Assembly (NCBI GenBank): GCA_047150005.1
Contig: AP038806.1
Location: 896,001-960,000 of the forward strand
Length of the DNA: 64,000 bases
From: Nitrospira sp.
Lineage (GTDB): Bacteria > Nitrospirota > Nitrospiria > Nitrospirales > Nitrospiraceae
Reading direction: 5' to 3'
The position numbers were made by a program, and so were the translations under genes. Position 1 is the first letter of the stretch; each line of letters begins with the position of its first letter. Below are positions 43,109 through 52,937 of this stretch, in pieces. Under the pieces are notes generated by a model, which saw only the letters and a list, made by a program, of their open reading frames with translations, ran no database searches and was not told the DNA's origin.

Positions 43109-43540
43109 TCAATTCCATCCTGTGACCTCGTAGCCTTTCTCCTGCAAGCACCGGTTCACAAAATTGGTGTACGCAGGATTACCCTGTGACTTGGAGGTGA
43201 ACAATCCCATCAGAAATCCCCATGTGGCTCCGCTCGCTGCACCAATCGCGGCCCCCATGCCGGGCGAACCGGTGATGGCGCCTCCGACAGCGCCGCTGGC
43301 GGCGCCAATGCCGGCGCCCACGGCTGTACTCTTTGCGACACCCCCCGCCTTCCCCGTGGCCTCGTCGGCACCGGCCGATTCGGCCATCTGCCTACAGTTC
43401 TTGATATCGGCTTCCGCAGCTTCCGTCCCGACCGACTGCAGATGTGCATTGGGATACAAGATCGGCTTGGGACCGGCACAAGCCATAAGTGCGGCGGCAC
43501 AGACCGCCACAATGACTTGCCGTGTGTTCATGACCACCAA
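43109..43540 (-). CDS. Glycine-zipper lipoprotein (paralog of the neighbour)
   Basis: Lipobox LMAC, GAAIGAASG, CLQEKGYEVTGW. Confidence 0.78.
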   Translation of the reverse strand: MVVMNTRQVIVAVCAAALMACAGPKPILYPNAHLQSVGTEAAEADIKNCRQMAESAGADEATGKAGGVAKSTAVGAGIGAASGAVGGAITGSPGMGAAIGAASGATWGFLMGLFTSKSQGNPAYTNFVNRCLQEKGYEVTGWN

Positions 43541-43836
43541 CTATAGCGGGCCAGATAGCCCTCAAGCTGCCGGGCGGACACACCGCGGATCAGCAGCCGT
43601 TTGCGCCGCCCGGTGACGCCCGATTCGATGCGGATCGCTCGCAGGGGAACGTCGAACTCGCCGGCCAGGAATGCAATGAGCGCATCGTTGGCCTGCCCAT
43701 CCACGGGAGCGGCCGCCACGCGGACTTTCAGCGCATCTCCGTGTTTTCCCGCCCACTCCGTATGTGATGATTTCGGCTGCAGATGGATGGTCAGGACCGC
43801 ACCGTCTTTCCCATCGCACAGTAGCGGGGTCGTCAT
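43528..43836 (-). CDS. DUF167/YggU family protein
   Basis: LKVRVAAAPVDGQANDALIAFLA, GVTGRRK. Confidence 0.9.
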   Translation of the reverse strand: MTTPLLCDGKDGAVLTIHLQPKSSHTEWAGKHGDALKVRVAAAPVDGQANDALIAFLAGEFDVPLRAIRIESGVTGRRKRLLIRGVSARQLEGYLARYSWWS

Positions 43837-43863
43837 CCGGCAGCTCGAGTCCGAGGGGGCCTT

Positions 43864-44712
43864 CTAGAAAATCGCCTTGACCAGTTCCAGGATGCTGCGC
43901 TGCATGTCCGGATCGTCGGTCACCGGTCTGGCCACGGCCACGTCGCAGGCCTGGTCGACCGGAATGCCTTCCCGGATCAGCGTCGCGGCATAAATCAAGA
44001 GCCTGGTGCTGACGCCTTCTTCCAACCCGTGATTCTTGAGATTGCGGACCTTGGCTCCCAACTTGACCAGTTTCCCGGCGACCTCCGAGCCGACGCCCGC
44101 TTCTCGCCGGACAATCTCTGTCTCCACCTCGGCTCCGGGATAATCGAACTCAATGGCCATGAACCGCTGCTTGGTGCTCGGCTTGAGATCCTTGAGCACG
44201 CTTTGATAGCCGGGATTGTAGGAGATAACGAGCTGGAATTCTTCCGCGGCCTCGATGACCTGGCCTTTCTTCTCGATCGGCAGAAGCCGTCGATCGTCGC
44301 TGAGCGGATGGATGATGACCGTGGTGTCTTTTCGCGCCTCGACCACCTCGTCAAGATAGACGATGGCTCCGTGCTTGACCCCGAGGGTGAGAGGACCGTC
44401 CACCCATACGGTTTCCTGTCCTTTCAGCAGATAGCGACCCACCAGATCGGATGCGGTCAGATCCTCATGACAGGCCACCGTGATGAGAGGCCGATTCAGG
44501 CGGTAGGCCATGTGCTGGACGAACCGCGTCTTGCCGCATCCGGTCGGTCCCTTGAGCATGACGGGCATACGGCACTTGGCGGCCGTCAGAAACAGCTGCA
44601 CTTCGCCGCGGACGTTCGCGTAGTACGGTTCCTGGCGGACGCGGTAGCGCCCGATGTCGATCTCATGCGCCGGTTCGGTCACGCCGTTCCCCATTGAATC
44701 ATTGATGGGCAC
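43864..44712 (-). CDS. CbbQ/NirQ/NorQ-family AAA+ ATPase
   Basis: [49 protein letters not shown]. Confidence 0.95.
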   Translation of the reverse strand: MPINDSMGNGVTEPAHEIDIGRYRVRQEPYYANVRGEVQLFLTAAKCRMPVMLKGPTGCGKTRFVQHMAYRLNRPLITVACHEDLTASDLVGRYLLKGQETVWVDGPLTLGVKHGAIVYLDEVVEARKDTTVIIHPLSDDRRLLPIEKKGQVIEAAEEFQLVISYNPGYQSVLKDLKPSTKQRFMAIEFDYPGAEVETEIVRREAGVGSEVAGKLVKLGAKVRNLKNHGLEEGVSTRLLIYAATLIREGIPVDQACDVAVARPVTDDPDMQRSILELVKAIF

Positions 44713-44772
44713 GATAAACGGAACCGCGGCCGAAGATCAAGGGAAGAAGGCGCACCGGGCACGGGCGTGCCG

Positions 44773-47700
44773 TCACGCGTTCACGCCGTCGAGGACCTCT
44801 CGCACCTTCTTGGCCAGCCCGACCGGGGTGAAGGGCTTGGGGAGGAAGGATGTTTCGCGCGAGACCCCGCCTTGCTCGAATACCGGATGATCGGGATATC
44901 CGGACATGTAGAGGACTTTGGTTTCCGGACGAATGCCGCGAAGCTTTTCGGCGACTTCCGGTCCGCTCATCTGAGGCATCACCACATCCGTCAACAGCAA
45001 ATGAATGGGGCCCGTGTGTTTGGCGACGGTCATCAACGCTTCGATGCCGTGACGGGCCTCGAGCACCGTGTAGCCGTGCAGGCGGAGCGTTTCATGGACC
45101 AGGCCGCGGACCGCCGGCTCATCCTCGACCAATAGGATGGTCTCCCGGCCGTGAGCCGGATCGGCCGTCTCGCCGGGGCCGCTTGCGCCCGGTCGGTCTT
45201 CCGCGACCAGCGGAAAGTAAATCGTGAACACCGTGCCTTGTCCGGGCACGCTCTCCACGGCGATGGTTCCGTTGCTCTGTCTGACGATGCCGTACACGGT
45301 CGACAATCCCAGCCCTGTGCCCTTGCCCTTTTCTTTGGTGGTAAAGAAGGGCTCAAACAAGTGTGAGCGCGTTTCGGCGTCCATCCCGTGCCCCGTGTCA
45401 CGCACCGTCAACTGAACATAGGCGCCCGGCTCCATGCCGACGGCATCCTTGCGCGGCCCTTTCCCGACCGTGACGTTACACGTCTCGATGGTCAGCCGAC
45501 CGCCCTTGGGCATAGCGTCCCTCGCGTTGACCGCGAGATTCATGATGACCTGCTCCATCTGCCCGGGATCGGCCCGGATCGAGCCGATGTTCGGCGCAAG
45601 CTCGGCACAGAGCTCGATGATGTCCTCACCGAGCAGGCGGCGCAGCATCCCGTCCATGTTGACGACGAGCGCGTTCAGATCGACGAGCTTGGGAGCGATG
45701 AACTGCCGGCGGCTGAACGCCAGCAGCTGCCGCGTCAATCCCGAGGCGCGATCGGCCGCCTTTTTCACTTCTTCCATGTCCTTGCGCATGGAATCACCCG
45801 GACGCAGACGCGCGAGCAGCAATTCGCTGTAGCCTCGGATGACGGTCAGGAGATTGTTGAAGTCATGCGCCACCCCTCCCGCCAGTCGTCCGACGGCTTC
45901 CATTTTTTGCGCCTGCTGCAACTGCGCCTCGGTCTGGCGCAAGGCCTCCTCCGTTCTCGTCCGCTCGCCGAGCTGGCCGATCTTCAGGCAGATGTCGTCG
46001 ATCATTTTCAGCAGCTCGTCGTCCGGCTGCCGGACCTGTCGGCTGAACAGCTCAATGACCCCTTCGACCTCGCTCCCGACGCGGACCGGAAATCCAAAGG
46101 CGCCGTGAAGCCCGGCCGCCCGCGCCTGCTCGGCGTGCGGCGATTGCTCGTCCACCGTGACGTCGGTGACCCACGCCGGCCGCTCGGTGGCCCAGATGTG
46201 TCCCGGAAGCCCTTCTCCGGACCTGAGCAGACTCGTCCAGGCGACCGTCGAGAACGCTTCGAAACCGGTCGTCGGGTGCGGCCATTGATCAATGCACCGC
46301 AGCGCCCCCTCCGCCTTGTCGACCCGCCAGAAGACCCCGTAGTCCCATTCCAGATTCTGCCCCACCGCCTGGATGATCTTGGGCACGGCTTCTTCCAGGG
46401 TGCGGGATTCCGCGAGCACCCTCGTCACCGAGTATTGGACCGTCAGGCGCTCCTCCGCACGTTTTCTCATGGTGATATCGGAAAAAGAGACGACCGCGAC
46501 GGCGGGCGCCCCCTGTCCCTTCAATCTCGCCGACCGGGAATTCACTTCGAGCCATCTCAACTCTCCGTCGGTCTTGTAGAAACCCATGACCACGCCGGAA
46601 CAGGACGCTCCGGTCCGCAGCGTCACCGCCACGGGATGGTGCTCCGGAGGAAACGGCCGCCTGTCTTCGTAGATCGTCTTCCACATCGGATCGTCAAGCG
46701 GCCGCTTCATGAGTTCCGCCAGCGGCATGCCCAGGATCCGCTCCGCGCTGGCATTCCCTGTGCGGAGTACACCTTGATCGTCGATGACGAGCACGCCTTC
46801 ATCCAGCGCATTCACGACCGACCGGTAGCGAACCTCGCTCTCTCGAAGCTTCGTCTCCGCTTCGCGGCGCTCGGTGATGTCCCGGGCGAATGCACTGAAG
46901 AAGAAGGTATCACCGATCCGGACCGGAGAGATCGAGAGCTCGACCGGGAACTCCCGACCCGAACGATGAAGCGCCAGCACCTCGACCCGCCTATTGAGGA
47001 TGTGGCTCTCACCGCTGGCCAGATAGTGGCGGAGTCCGCGCTCGTGGGCCTCACGATCCCGCGGCGGAATGATCACTTCGCCCAGAAGACGCCCCAGCAC
47101 TTCGTCGCGGCCCCATCCGAAAATCGCCGCCGCCTGCGCGTTCCAGTCAGTGACGATACCGCGTGAATCGATCGTCACGACGCCGTCCAGCGCCGTATCC
47201 ACGATAGCGCGGTTCCGTTCCTGGCTCTGCAGCAGGGCCGCCTCGGCCGCTCGCGCCCACGCGCTTTCCTGCTGCGCCTGCTGATACTCTTTCCTCAATT
47301 TGGACGTCGACCAGAGGACCATGAACAACATGGGCAGCCACACGACGGCGCCGGACATTCCGACCTTCCAGAGGATGGATCGGATGGGATCGAAAATCCG
47401 ATCCTGGTCCATGCGCACCAACACGTGCCAGCCCAGTCCCGGGATCTCGCCGAATCCCTTGGTCTGCGCATAACCGGTCACGACGGGGACCCCTCGGTAC
47501 TCCTCTTCCACAAAGCCCGGACCGCCTGCCTTGCTGGCGGTCATGGACGGCGGACCGACCTGGTCGATACTTTGAGGACTCTTGTGCAGGAGATCGGAAT
47601 CAGCAAACACCGATCCGCGGCCCGTCACCATCTGGTAGGACACGGGGCCCGTAAATTCCCGCCGTTTTTCGAGCGACCGCACGGTCCGCGTCGTCACTTC

Positions 47701-48270
47701 TTCGAGAACGGAAACCGCCACCCGCGTCGTCACCACCCCCAGGAACGTACCCTCAGAATCCAGAATCGGAGCGGTGAACCCGACGGTTTCAATCCCCTGG
47801 TCCACTTCGTGCGATGCAACGTCCTGCACCAGCAATTTCTTCGTCGCGCGGACCTGTCGGAACCATTCGGCCGACGCATAGTTCTTTCCGCGCAGGGTCG
47901 GATCCGTCGACGCCACAACCACTCCCTGGCCGTCCGTGACCCCCAGCCAGTGATAGACCGGGGCGTACGTCGTCTTCATCCAACCCAGATGGCCGGTGAG
48001 GTGGGCCGAATCGAACGAGCTGAGCGAAAACGCCCGGGCCAACATCTGGACGTCCCCGCGCCGTTCGAACAGCAGGCGATCGAGCTTATCGGAGACTTCG
48101 GCGGCGGCCACCATCAACTCTTCACCGGCCGCCGCGACAAGACGATGTTCCACATGGCGCAGCAGCACGATGCCCACTCCGGAGGCAATGAGCGTCAGCA
48201 GGACGATCGACAGCGGAAGCCATCGATAGCGTTGCGAGATGAGCGGTGTTCGAAAATTCGGCATGGTCAA
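44773..48270 (-). CDS. Hybrid sensor histidine kinase (Cache-PAS-PAS-GAF-HK-REC)
   Basis: GGVAHDFNNLL, NLAVNARDAM, FEPFFTTK..GTGLGL, ILLVEDE. Confidence 0.95.
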   Translation of the reverse strand: MTMPNFRTPLISQRYRWLPLSIVLLTLIASGVGIVLLRHVEHRLVAAAGEELMVAAAEVSDKLDRLLFERRGDVQMLARAFSLSSFDSAHLTGHLGWMKTTYAPVYHWLGVTDGQGVVVASTDPTLRGKNYASAEWFRQVRATKKLLVQDVASHEVDQGIETVGFTAPILDSEGTFLGVVTTRVAVSVLEEVTTRTVRSLEKRREFTGPVSYQMVTGRGSVFADSDLLHKSPQSIDQVGPPSMTASKAGGPGFVEEEYRGVPVVTGYAQTKGFGEIPGLGWHVLVRMDQDRIFDPIRSILWKVGMSGAVVWLPMLFMVLWSTSKLRKEYQQAQQESAWARAAEAALLQSQERNRAIVDTALDGVVTIDSRGIVTDWNAQAAAIFGWGRDEVLGRLLGEVIIPPRDREAHERGLRHYLASGESHILNRRVEVLALHRSGREFPVELSISPVRIGDTFFFSAFARDITERREAETKLRESEVRYRSVVNALDEGVLVIDDQGVLRTGNASAERILGMPLAELMKRPLDDPMWKTIYEDRRPFPPEHHPVAVTLRTGASCSGVVMGFYKTDGELRWLEVNSRSARLKGQGAPAVAVVSFSDITMRKRAEERLTVQYSVTRVLAESRTLEEAVPKIIQAVGQNLEWDYGVFWRVDKAEGALRCIDQWPHPTTGFEAFSTVAWTSLLRSGEGLPGHIWATERPAWVTDVTVDEQSPHAEQARAAGLHGAFGFPVRVGSEVEGVIELFSRQVRQPDDELLKMIDDICLKIGQLGERTRTEEALRQTEAQLQQAQKMEAVGRLAGGVAHDFNNLLTVIRGYSELLLARLRPGDSMRKDMEEVKKAADRASGLTRQLLAFSRRQFIAPKLVDLNALVVNMDGMLRRLLGEDIIELCAELAPNIGSIRADPGQMEQVIMNLAVNARDAMPKGGRLTIETCNVTVGKGPRKDAVGMEPGAYVQLTVRDTGHGMDAETRSHLFEPFFTTKEKGKGTGLGLSTVYGIVRQSNGTIAVESVPGQGTVFTIYFPLVAEDRPGASGPGETADPAHGRETILLVEDEPAVRGLVHETLRLHGYTVLEARHGIEALMTVAKHTGPIHLLLTDVVMPQMSGPEVAEKLRGIRPETKVLYMSGYPDHPVFEQGGVSRETSFLPKPFTPVGLAKKVREVLDGVNA

Positions 48271-48278
48271 CTACATCG

Positions 48279-49811
48279 TCAACGACGACGGTCTTCAAGG
48301 AGTCTGTACTGCCGGATCCGCATGACCGGGTGATAGGAGTCCTTGGATCGACTCAATCCCGACAGGCCTGCGCCGTCCATGGTGTTGATGAATTCCGCTC
48401 CGCGGGCCGCCGCCGCACGGGAGGTCTCTCGAAACAGATACTGCGCGAGGCCGGGAATTGCGCGGTCGGCGACTTCCAGCAGCACGCACCAGGTGGCGGG
48501 TGTCAGCCAGCAGCCGAATGTATAGGCCCGGATCTCTCCCTCGACGCGCACCACCGTTCCGCTTAATCCCAAGTCCGAGAAATGAGACCAGGCGATCTCG
48601 TGTGTCGACACGGCGTCTTCCAGCAACAACCGCCCGAACGGGTCGAGCACGCCCGCTTGCTTCTGTCCCTGCCATCGCTGGAGCAACCGGCGGCACTCCG
48701 CACGATCCCGGAGCGCATACGGAGCCACCGCCACCTGGCCCAAGCGCTCGACCTTGTTGCAAAGCGCGCGTTGCGATTTGAACCGATCCCCCGTGAGCGC
48801 GGCCAGGTCTCCCGCCCGGTACAGATAGTCGCCGTCTCCGGCCTCGAGTCGATAGCCCAAGACTTCCAGCCGAGCAGCCAACGCAGGGGAAACGTTGTCG
48901 ATCCGGTGGACCGGCGAATCGGCCCCGTTTCTCCGGCGCATCAGATCGAAGGCTGCACGGATCGGCTCCTGGATCGGTCCGCCTCCCAGGGGGGGAAGAG
49001 GCATGAACCAGCCGTCCGCCGATTCGGCGAAGAGACAGAAGGAGCCGTGGAGTTCCGCCCACCAATAACTCAGCAGGGTCGTGCACAGGTAGACGGAGGG
49101 CACGGAGTACGCCGCCAGGCCCTGCGCGTCGGCGAGTCCGGACGCGTCCAATGCTTCCGTCACTCTCTGGACATCCTCGAGAGTGAGCCGGTGCACGGCT
49201 ACAGTCCCCCAGCGCGCCTGTACGGCGTGAGTCAGCGCCGGCAGCCTCGACAATTCTACGACGTCCGGTTGGAAGCGCCCGATCAGCCTGGGATGATCCG
49301 CGACAGTCTTGAGCAGGTCCGGATCATTGAGCCGGGCCATCGCCTGGTCCGCATATCGCCGAATGGAGTCCGGGACCTGCTCTCGCATGAAAGGACACTT
49401 GCTGTCCCATCCCAGCACCACTTCGTCGTGCCGTTCGCTCCACATCAACGCCAAGGGATAGAGCCGGCAATCAAAGGGTCTCTGGTCGTAAATGAGACAA
49501 CGGGCACTGACGGGATCGAAGGCGGGACAGTGAAATCCATCGCCCTCCTCGTCGGGGACCAAGGCGATCTGACCTCCCTGCGGGGAGGGAAACCGGCCGG
49601 CGCCCACGCCTCCGGCCACCGCGCGGGTGACTTCTGCGGCCGTAAAGTACGGCCGCAGCGGGCTATCCGGGTCCGGAAACCGGCAACACACGTCGCACCG
49701 AAGGCACGTGCTGCTGGGAACCAACTGCGGAACGGAGCGGGCCGGCTCGGGAGGAGACACGGTCTGTGCGGTCGACGCCGCCATCGAGGAACTCCTTGAT
49801 TTTTCGCTCAT
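48279..49811 (-). CDS. YkgJ-like Cys-cluster / DUF2156 fusion protein
   Basis: CLRCDVCC...CPAF...CLIYDQRPFDCRLYP; DYLYRAGDLAALTG.RF, INTMDGAGLSGL..SK.SYHP. Confidence 0.78.
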   Translation of the reverse strand: MSEKSRSSSMAASTAQTVSPPEPARSVPQLVPSSTCLRCDVCCRFPDPDSPLRPYFTAAEVTRAVAGGVGAGRFPSPQGGQIALVPDEEGDGFHCPAFDPVSARCLIYDQRPFDCRLYPLALMWSERHDEVVLGWDSKCPFMREQVPDSIRRYADQAMARLNDPDLLKTVADHPRLIGRFQPDVVELSRLPALTHAVQARWGTVAVHRLTLEDVQRVTEALDASGLADAQGLAAYSVPSVYLCTTLLSYWWAELHGSFCLFAESADGWFMPLPPLGGGPIQEPIRAAFDLMRRRNGADSPVHRIDNVSPALAARLEVLGYRLEAGDGDYLYRAGDLAALTGDRFKSQRALCNKVERLGQVAVAPYALRDRAECRRLLQRWQGQKQAGVLDPFGRLLLEDAVSTHEIAWSHFSDLGLSGTVVRVEGEIRAYTFGCWLTPATWCVLLEVADRAIPGLAQYLFRETSRAAAARGAEFINTMDGAGLSGLSRSKDSYHPVMRIRQYRLLEDRRR

Positions 49812-49951
49812 TCTAGCACCGTTCCTGAGGTGCGCCTACTAGGATATGGTTTTTCGAGGCGCGGACTCATGAAAACCGACAATTCCTTGACCTGTGTGCA
49901 ATCGGTGGGATACTGCAGCAGAACCCATTCGTTCTGCCGCCACTCAACATC

Positions 49952-50965
49952 ATGGCCGACTCACCCACTCCACCTCAATACGACTCGCGACTCTTGCTCA
50001 ACTCGCACCCTCTCATTATTACGGTGATTGACCCGCTCACCCATAAGGTCGTGTTTCAGAACGATAGTTCGCAGTCAAAGTTCGGAGATATCTCGAGCGC
50101 GACCTGCCACGAAAAGATCGCCGGCTGTGCCGCGCCATGCAGCTTCTGCCGGATGCCGGAGGCCGTCGAAACGGGACGGCTGTCCTCCAGTGAAGTGCCG
50201 CTACCGAACGATGAACATCTCCTGATGCAATGGGCCAGAGTCGAAACGACGTCCGGAGCGACCCATATCATCGAAACGATCACCGACATCACCGCCCTTA
50301 AGCGGCAGCAGCAGGAAACCGAACGTCTCGTCACGAAACTGTCGGCGACCAATCGGGATCTGATCCAGGCGAATCAGCTCCTGCAAGATCAGTCCGTGCG
50401 AGACAGCCTCACCGGCCTGTACAACCATTCCCACTTTGAACAGACCCTGGTTCATTTGTGCGCGCTCGCGCTCCGGTCGATGCGTCCCCTGTCGCTGCTC
50501 TTCGTCGATCTCGACAACTTTAAGCAGATCAACGACGTGTACGGACACACCACCGGCGATCAAGTGCTCAGGGAAATCGGCTGGCTGCTGGACAGTCAAC
50601 AGGGTCCCAGCCGCGGGATCGCGCGCGCCAGCGACTTCGCGGCGCGGTACGGCGGCGAAGAGTTCGCCTTGATTCTTCCGGACACATCGATGGACGGGGC
50701 CCTCAGCGCGGCCGAGCGGCTCCGCCATCGTGTCACCACGCTCACGATGTTGCCGGAACTCTCCGCATTGACGGCATCCTCGTTTTCCCTCACCTGCAGC
50801 ATCGGCGTCGCGTCCTTTCCCATCCATGCCGACAATCCCACCGATCTCGTCAATGCAGCCGACACGGCCGTGTATGCGGCCAAGCGGGCGGGCAAGAACT
50901 GCGTGCGCATGGCGGCCCCCGCGGCCCCGCCCACGACCGTTCCCGGTCCCCTTGTACGATCATAG
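49952..50965 (+). CDS. Diguanylate cyclase with PAS-like N-terminus
   Basis: DSLTGLYN, DLDNFKQIND.YGH, ARYGGEEF, AKRAGKN. Confidence 0.93.
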   Translation: MADSPTPPQYDSRLLLNSHPLIITVIDPLTHKVVFQNDSSQSKFGDISSATCHEKIAGCAAPCSFCRMPEAVETGRLSSSEVPLPNDEHLLMQWARVETTSGATHIIETITDITALKRQQQETERLVTKLSATNRDLIQANQLLQDQSVRDSLTGLYNHSHFEQTLVHLCALALRSMRPLSLLFVDLDNFKQINDVYGHTTGDQVLREIGWLLDSQQGPSRGIARASDFAARYGGEEFALILPDTSMDGALSAAERLRHRVTTLTMLPELSALTASSFSLTCSIGVASFPIHADNPTDLVNAADTAVYAAKRAGKNCVRMAAPAAPPTTVPGPLVRS

Positions 50966-50983
50966 GGCGCGTGCTACGATCAC

Positions 50984-52534
50984 TTGCATCGGTCGATTGT
51001 TACGAACGTCGCTCCTGTTCATTTGACTACCTCCAACCTCCTTTATCGCTGTTCCGCCATTCGGGATGCACTGGTTGACGCGGGGCTGTTCACCGCGACC
51101 ACCGGAACGTCGGCTGCGGCGGAAACCGACATCGCGGTGAACTCCTGGCGGATCGGGACGGCTCCGTTCCTCCTTTCGGCGGAGCAGGCGGCCTTCTTTC
51201 ATCGCTTGGGCCCGCATCTCCTTTCGTTCTATCGCACGCTCAACCGGCTGTATGCCGAGAGCGTCCGCGGCCTGCAGCCCTCCTGGGTCGCCGAGGCCTT
51301 GGACCGCGGAAAACCGGAAGGGCTCGTCACCTACAGCCGCATGAAGCGGTTTCGCGACCTGCTGCCCGCCGTGATCCGCCCGGATGTGATTCCGACCTCC
51401 GACGGGATGGTCATTACCGAGCTCGATTCGGTACCCGGCGGCATTGGGCTCACCGCCGCCTTAAGCAGAGCCTACGCAGACCTCCAGCCTCAGCCCTCAG
51501 CACCCAGCACTCAGCACCCAGCACTCAGCACTCAGCACTCTCCATTGGTGGGAGGACGAGACGGGATGATCAGCGGTTTTGCCGCGATGCTCACGCATGT
51601 TCGCGGCTCCCGTGAAGGATGCACGGCCGTCGTGGTGTCGGATGAAGCCAAGGACTATCGGCCGGAAATGACCTGGATGGCGGCGCAACTCTCCGAACGT
51701 GGATTTGATACCCGCTGCGTGGAGCCGCGCGACGTCCGGTTCACGGAAGGGGGGCTCCGCCTCCTCGACGGCGACCGCGAAAAACCGATCGCCCTGATTT
51801 ACCGATTCTTCGAGCTGTTCGACCTGCCCAACATCCCGAAGTCGGAGCTGATGCAATACGCCGCGAAAAAGAATTGGGTGGCCGTCACGCCTCCGTACAA
51901 ACCGGCGCTGGAGGAGAAATCGGCCTTCGCGCTGTTCCACCACCCGGTGCTCCGTCCCTTTTGGCGCAGGGAACTAGGCGAGGACACGTGGCTTCACCTG
52001 ACGGCGATCATGCCGCGAACGTGGCTGCTCGACCCTGCCCCGGTCCCGCCGTCGGCAACCATCCCGGGCCTCTCGATCGGGGATCGAGCCATTGCGGACT
52101 GGCGGGACCTCGCATCGGCCACCCAGAAGGAACGCCACTATGTGATCAAGCCTTCCGGATTTTCCGAATTGGCCTGGGGAAGTAGAGGCGTGTCGATCGG
52201 ACACGATCTACCTCAGAGCGAATGGGCGGGCGCGATCGACGGCGCCTTGGCCGCGTTTCCGCGTACGCCCCACGTCCTGCAAGAGTTTCACAAGGGCCGG
52301 CAATACCACATGGAGTACTTCGATGCCGCAAGCGGCGACATCCGCCAGATGGCGGGTCGGGCCAGACTGTCTCCCTATTATTTCGTGACTGGCGAAAAGG
52401 TGGAGCTGGCTGGTATTCTGGCAACCGTCTGCCCGGCGGACAAGAAGGTCATCCACGGGATGAAGGACGCGATCCTGGTTCCCTGCACCGCCGCGGGGGG
52501 AGACACGGCTCCGGTGCTCAGTGCTGAGGTATGA
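50984..52534 (+). CDS. ATP-grasp-like hypothetical protein (start uncertain)
   Basis: IRPD...TELDSVPGG, IYRFFELFD, VIKPSG...WGSRGV, LQEF. Confidence 0.65.
   Translation: MHRSIVTNVAPVHLTTSNLLYRCSAIRDALVDAGLFTATTGTSAAAETDIAVNSWRIGTAPFLLSAEQAAFFHRLGPHLLSFYRTLNRLYAESVRGLQPSWVAEALDRGKPEGLVTYSRMKRFRDLLPAVIRPDVIPTSDGMVITELDSVPGGIGLTAALSRAYADLQPQPSAPSTQHPALSTQHSPLVGGRDGMISGFAAMLTHVRGSREGCTAVVVSDEAKDYRPEMTWMAAQLSERGFDTRCVEPRDVRFTEGGLRLLDGDREKPIALIYRFFELFDLPNIPKSELMQYAAKKNWVAVTPPYKPALEEKSAFALFHHPVLRPFWRRELGEDTWLHLTAIMPRTWLLDPAPVPPSATIPGLSIGDRAIADWRDLASATQKERHYVIKPSGFSELAWGSRGVSIGHDLPQSEWAGAIDGALAAFPRTPHVLQEFHKGRQYHMEYFDAASGDIRQMAGRARLSPYYFVTGEKVELAGILATVCPADKKVIHGMKDAILVPCTAAGGDTAPVLSAEV
51485..51540 (+). 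repeat. Heptamer (CAGCACY) tandem repeat inside a CDS
   Basis: cagcctcagccctcagcacccagcactcagcacccagcactcagcactcagcactc. Confidence 0.85.
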
Positions 52535-52587
52535 GTGCCGAGTTATTCGTTCCTGAACTGAACACTGAAAATTCAGAACTACCAACT

Positions 52588-52842
52588 ATGGCTCTGATAC
52601 TGTTTCACGTCGATTGGTGTCCGGAGTGTGAAGTGGTGCGTCGCAAGCTCGAGGAGGCGGGCCTGGCCTACGAGAGCGTCATCGTTCCCGATGTCCGGCC
52701 GTTCCGCAAGCAGGTCTTCGAGGCGTCCGGACAATACTATGTCCCGGTCCTGAAGGACGGCGACAGGGTGCTGACGGAAACCGATGAGATACTGGCCTAT
52801 ATCGAGAGCAAGGCCGAGGCGAATCGTCTTGCCCAACGCTGA
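52588..52842 (+). CDS. Glutaredoxin-like protein
   Basis: WCPEC, SGQYYVPVL.D. Confidence 0.85.
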   Translation: MALILFHVDWCPECEVVRRKLEEAGLAYESVIVPDVRPFRKQVFEASGQYYVPVLKDGDRVLTETDEILAYIESKAEANRLAQR

Positions 52843-52937
52843 GGCGCCCGTCGGCCCCCGCACCGGCGTGACGAGATCGGGCGAACACGGGGGCGGAGCC
52901 GGCCTCGGCAATCACCTGCGAACGAGGGAGTGAGTCG

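Noticed and set aside
39948..47166. Long plus-strand ORFs (720 aa at 39948-42110, 592 aa at 45388-47166)
   Set aside because: Shadows of the VWA and histidine kinase genes
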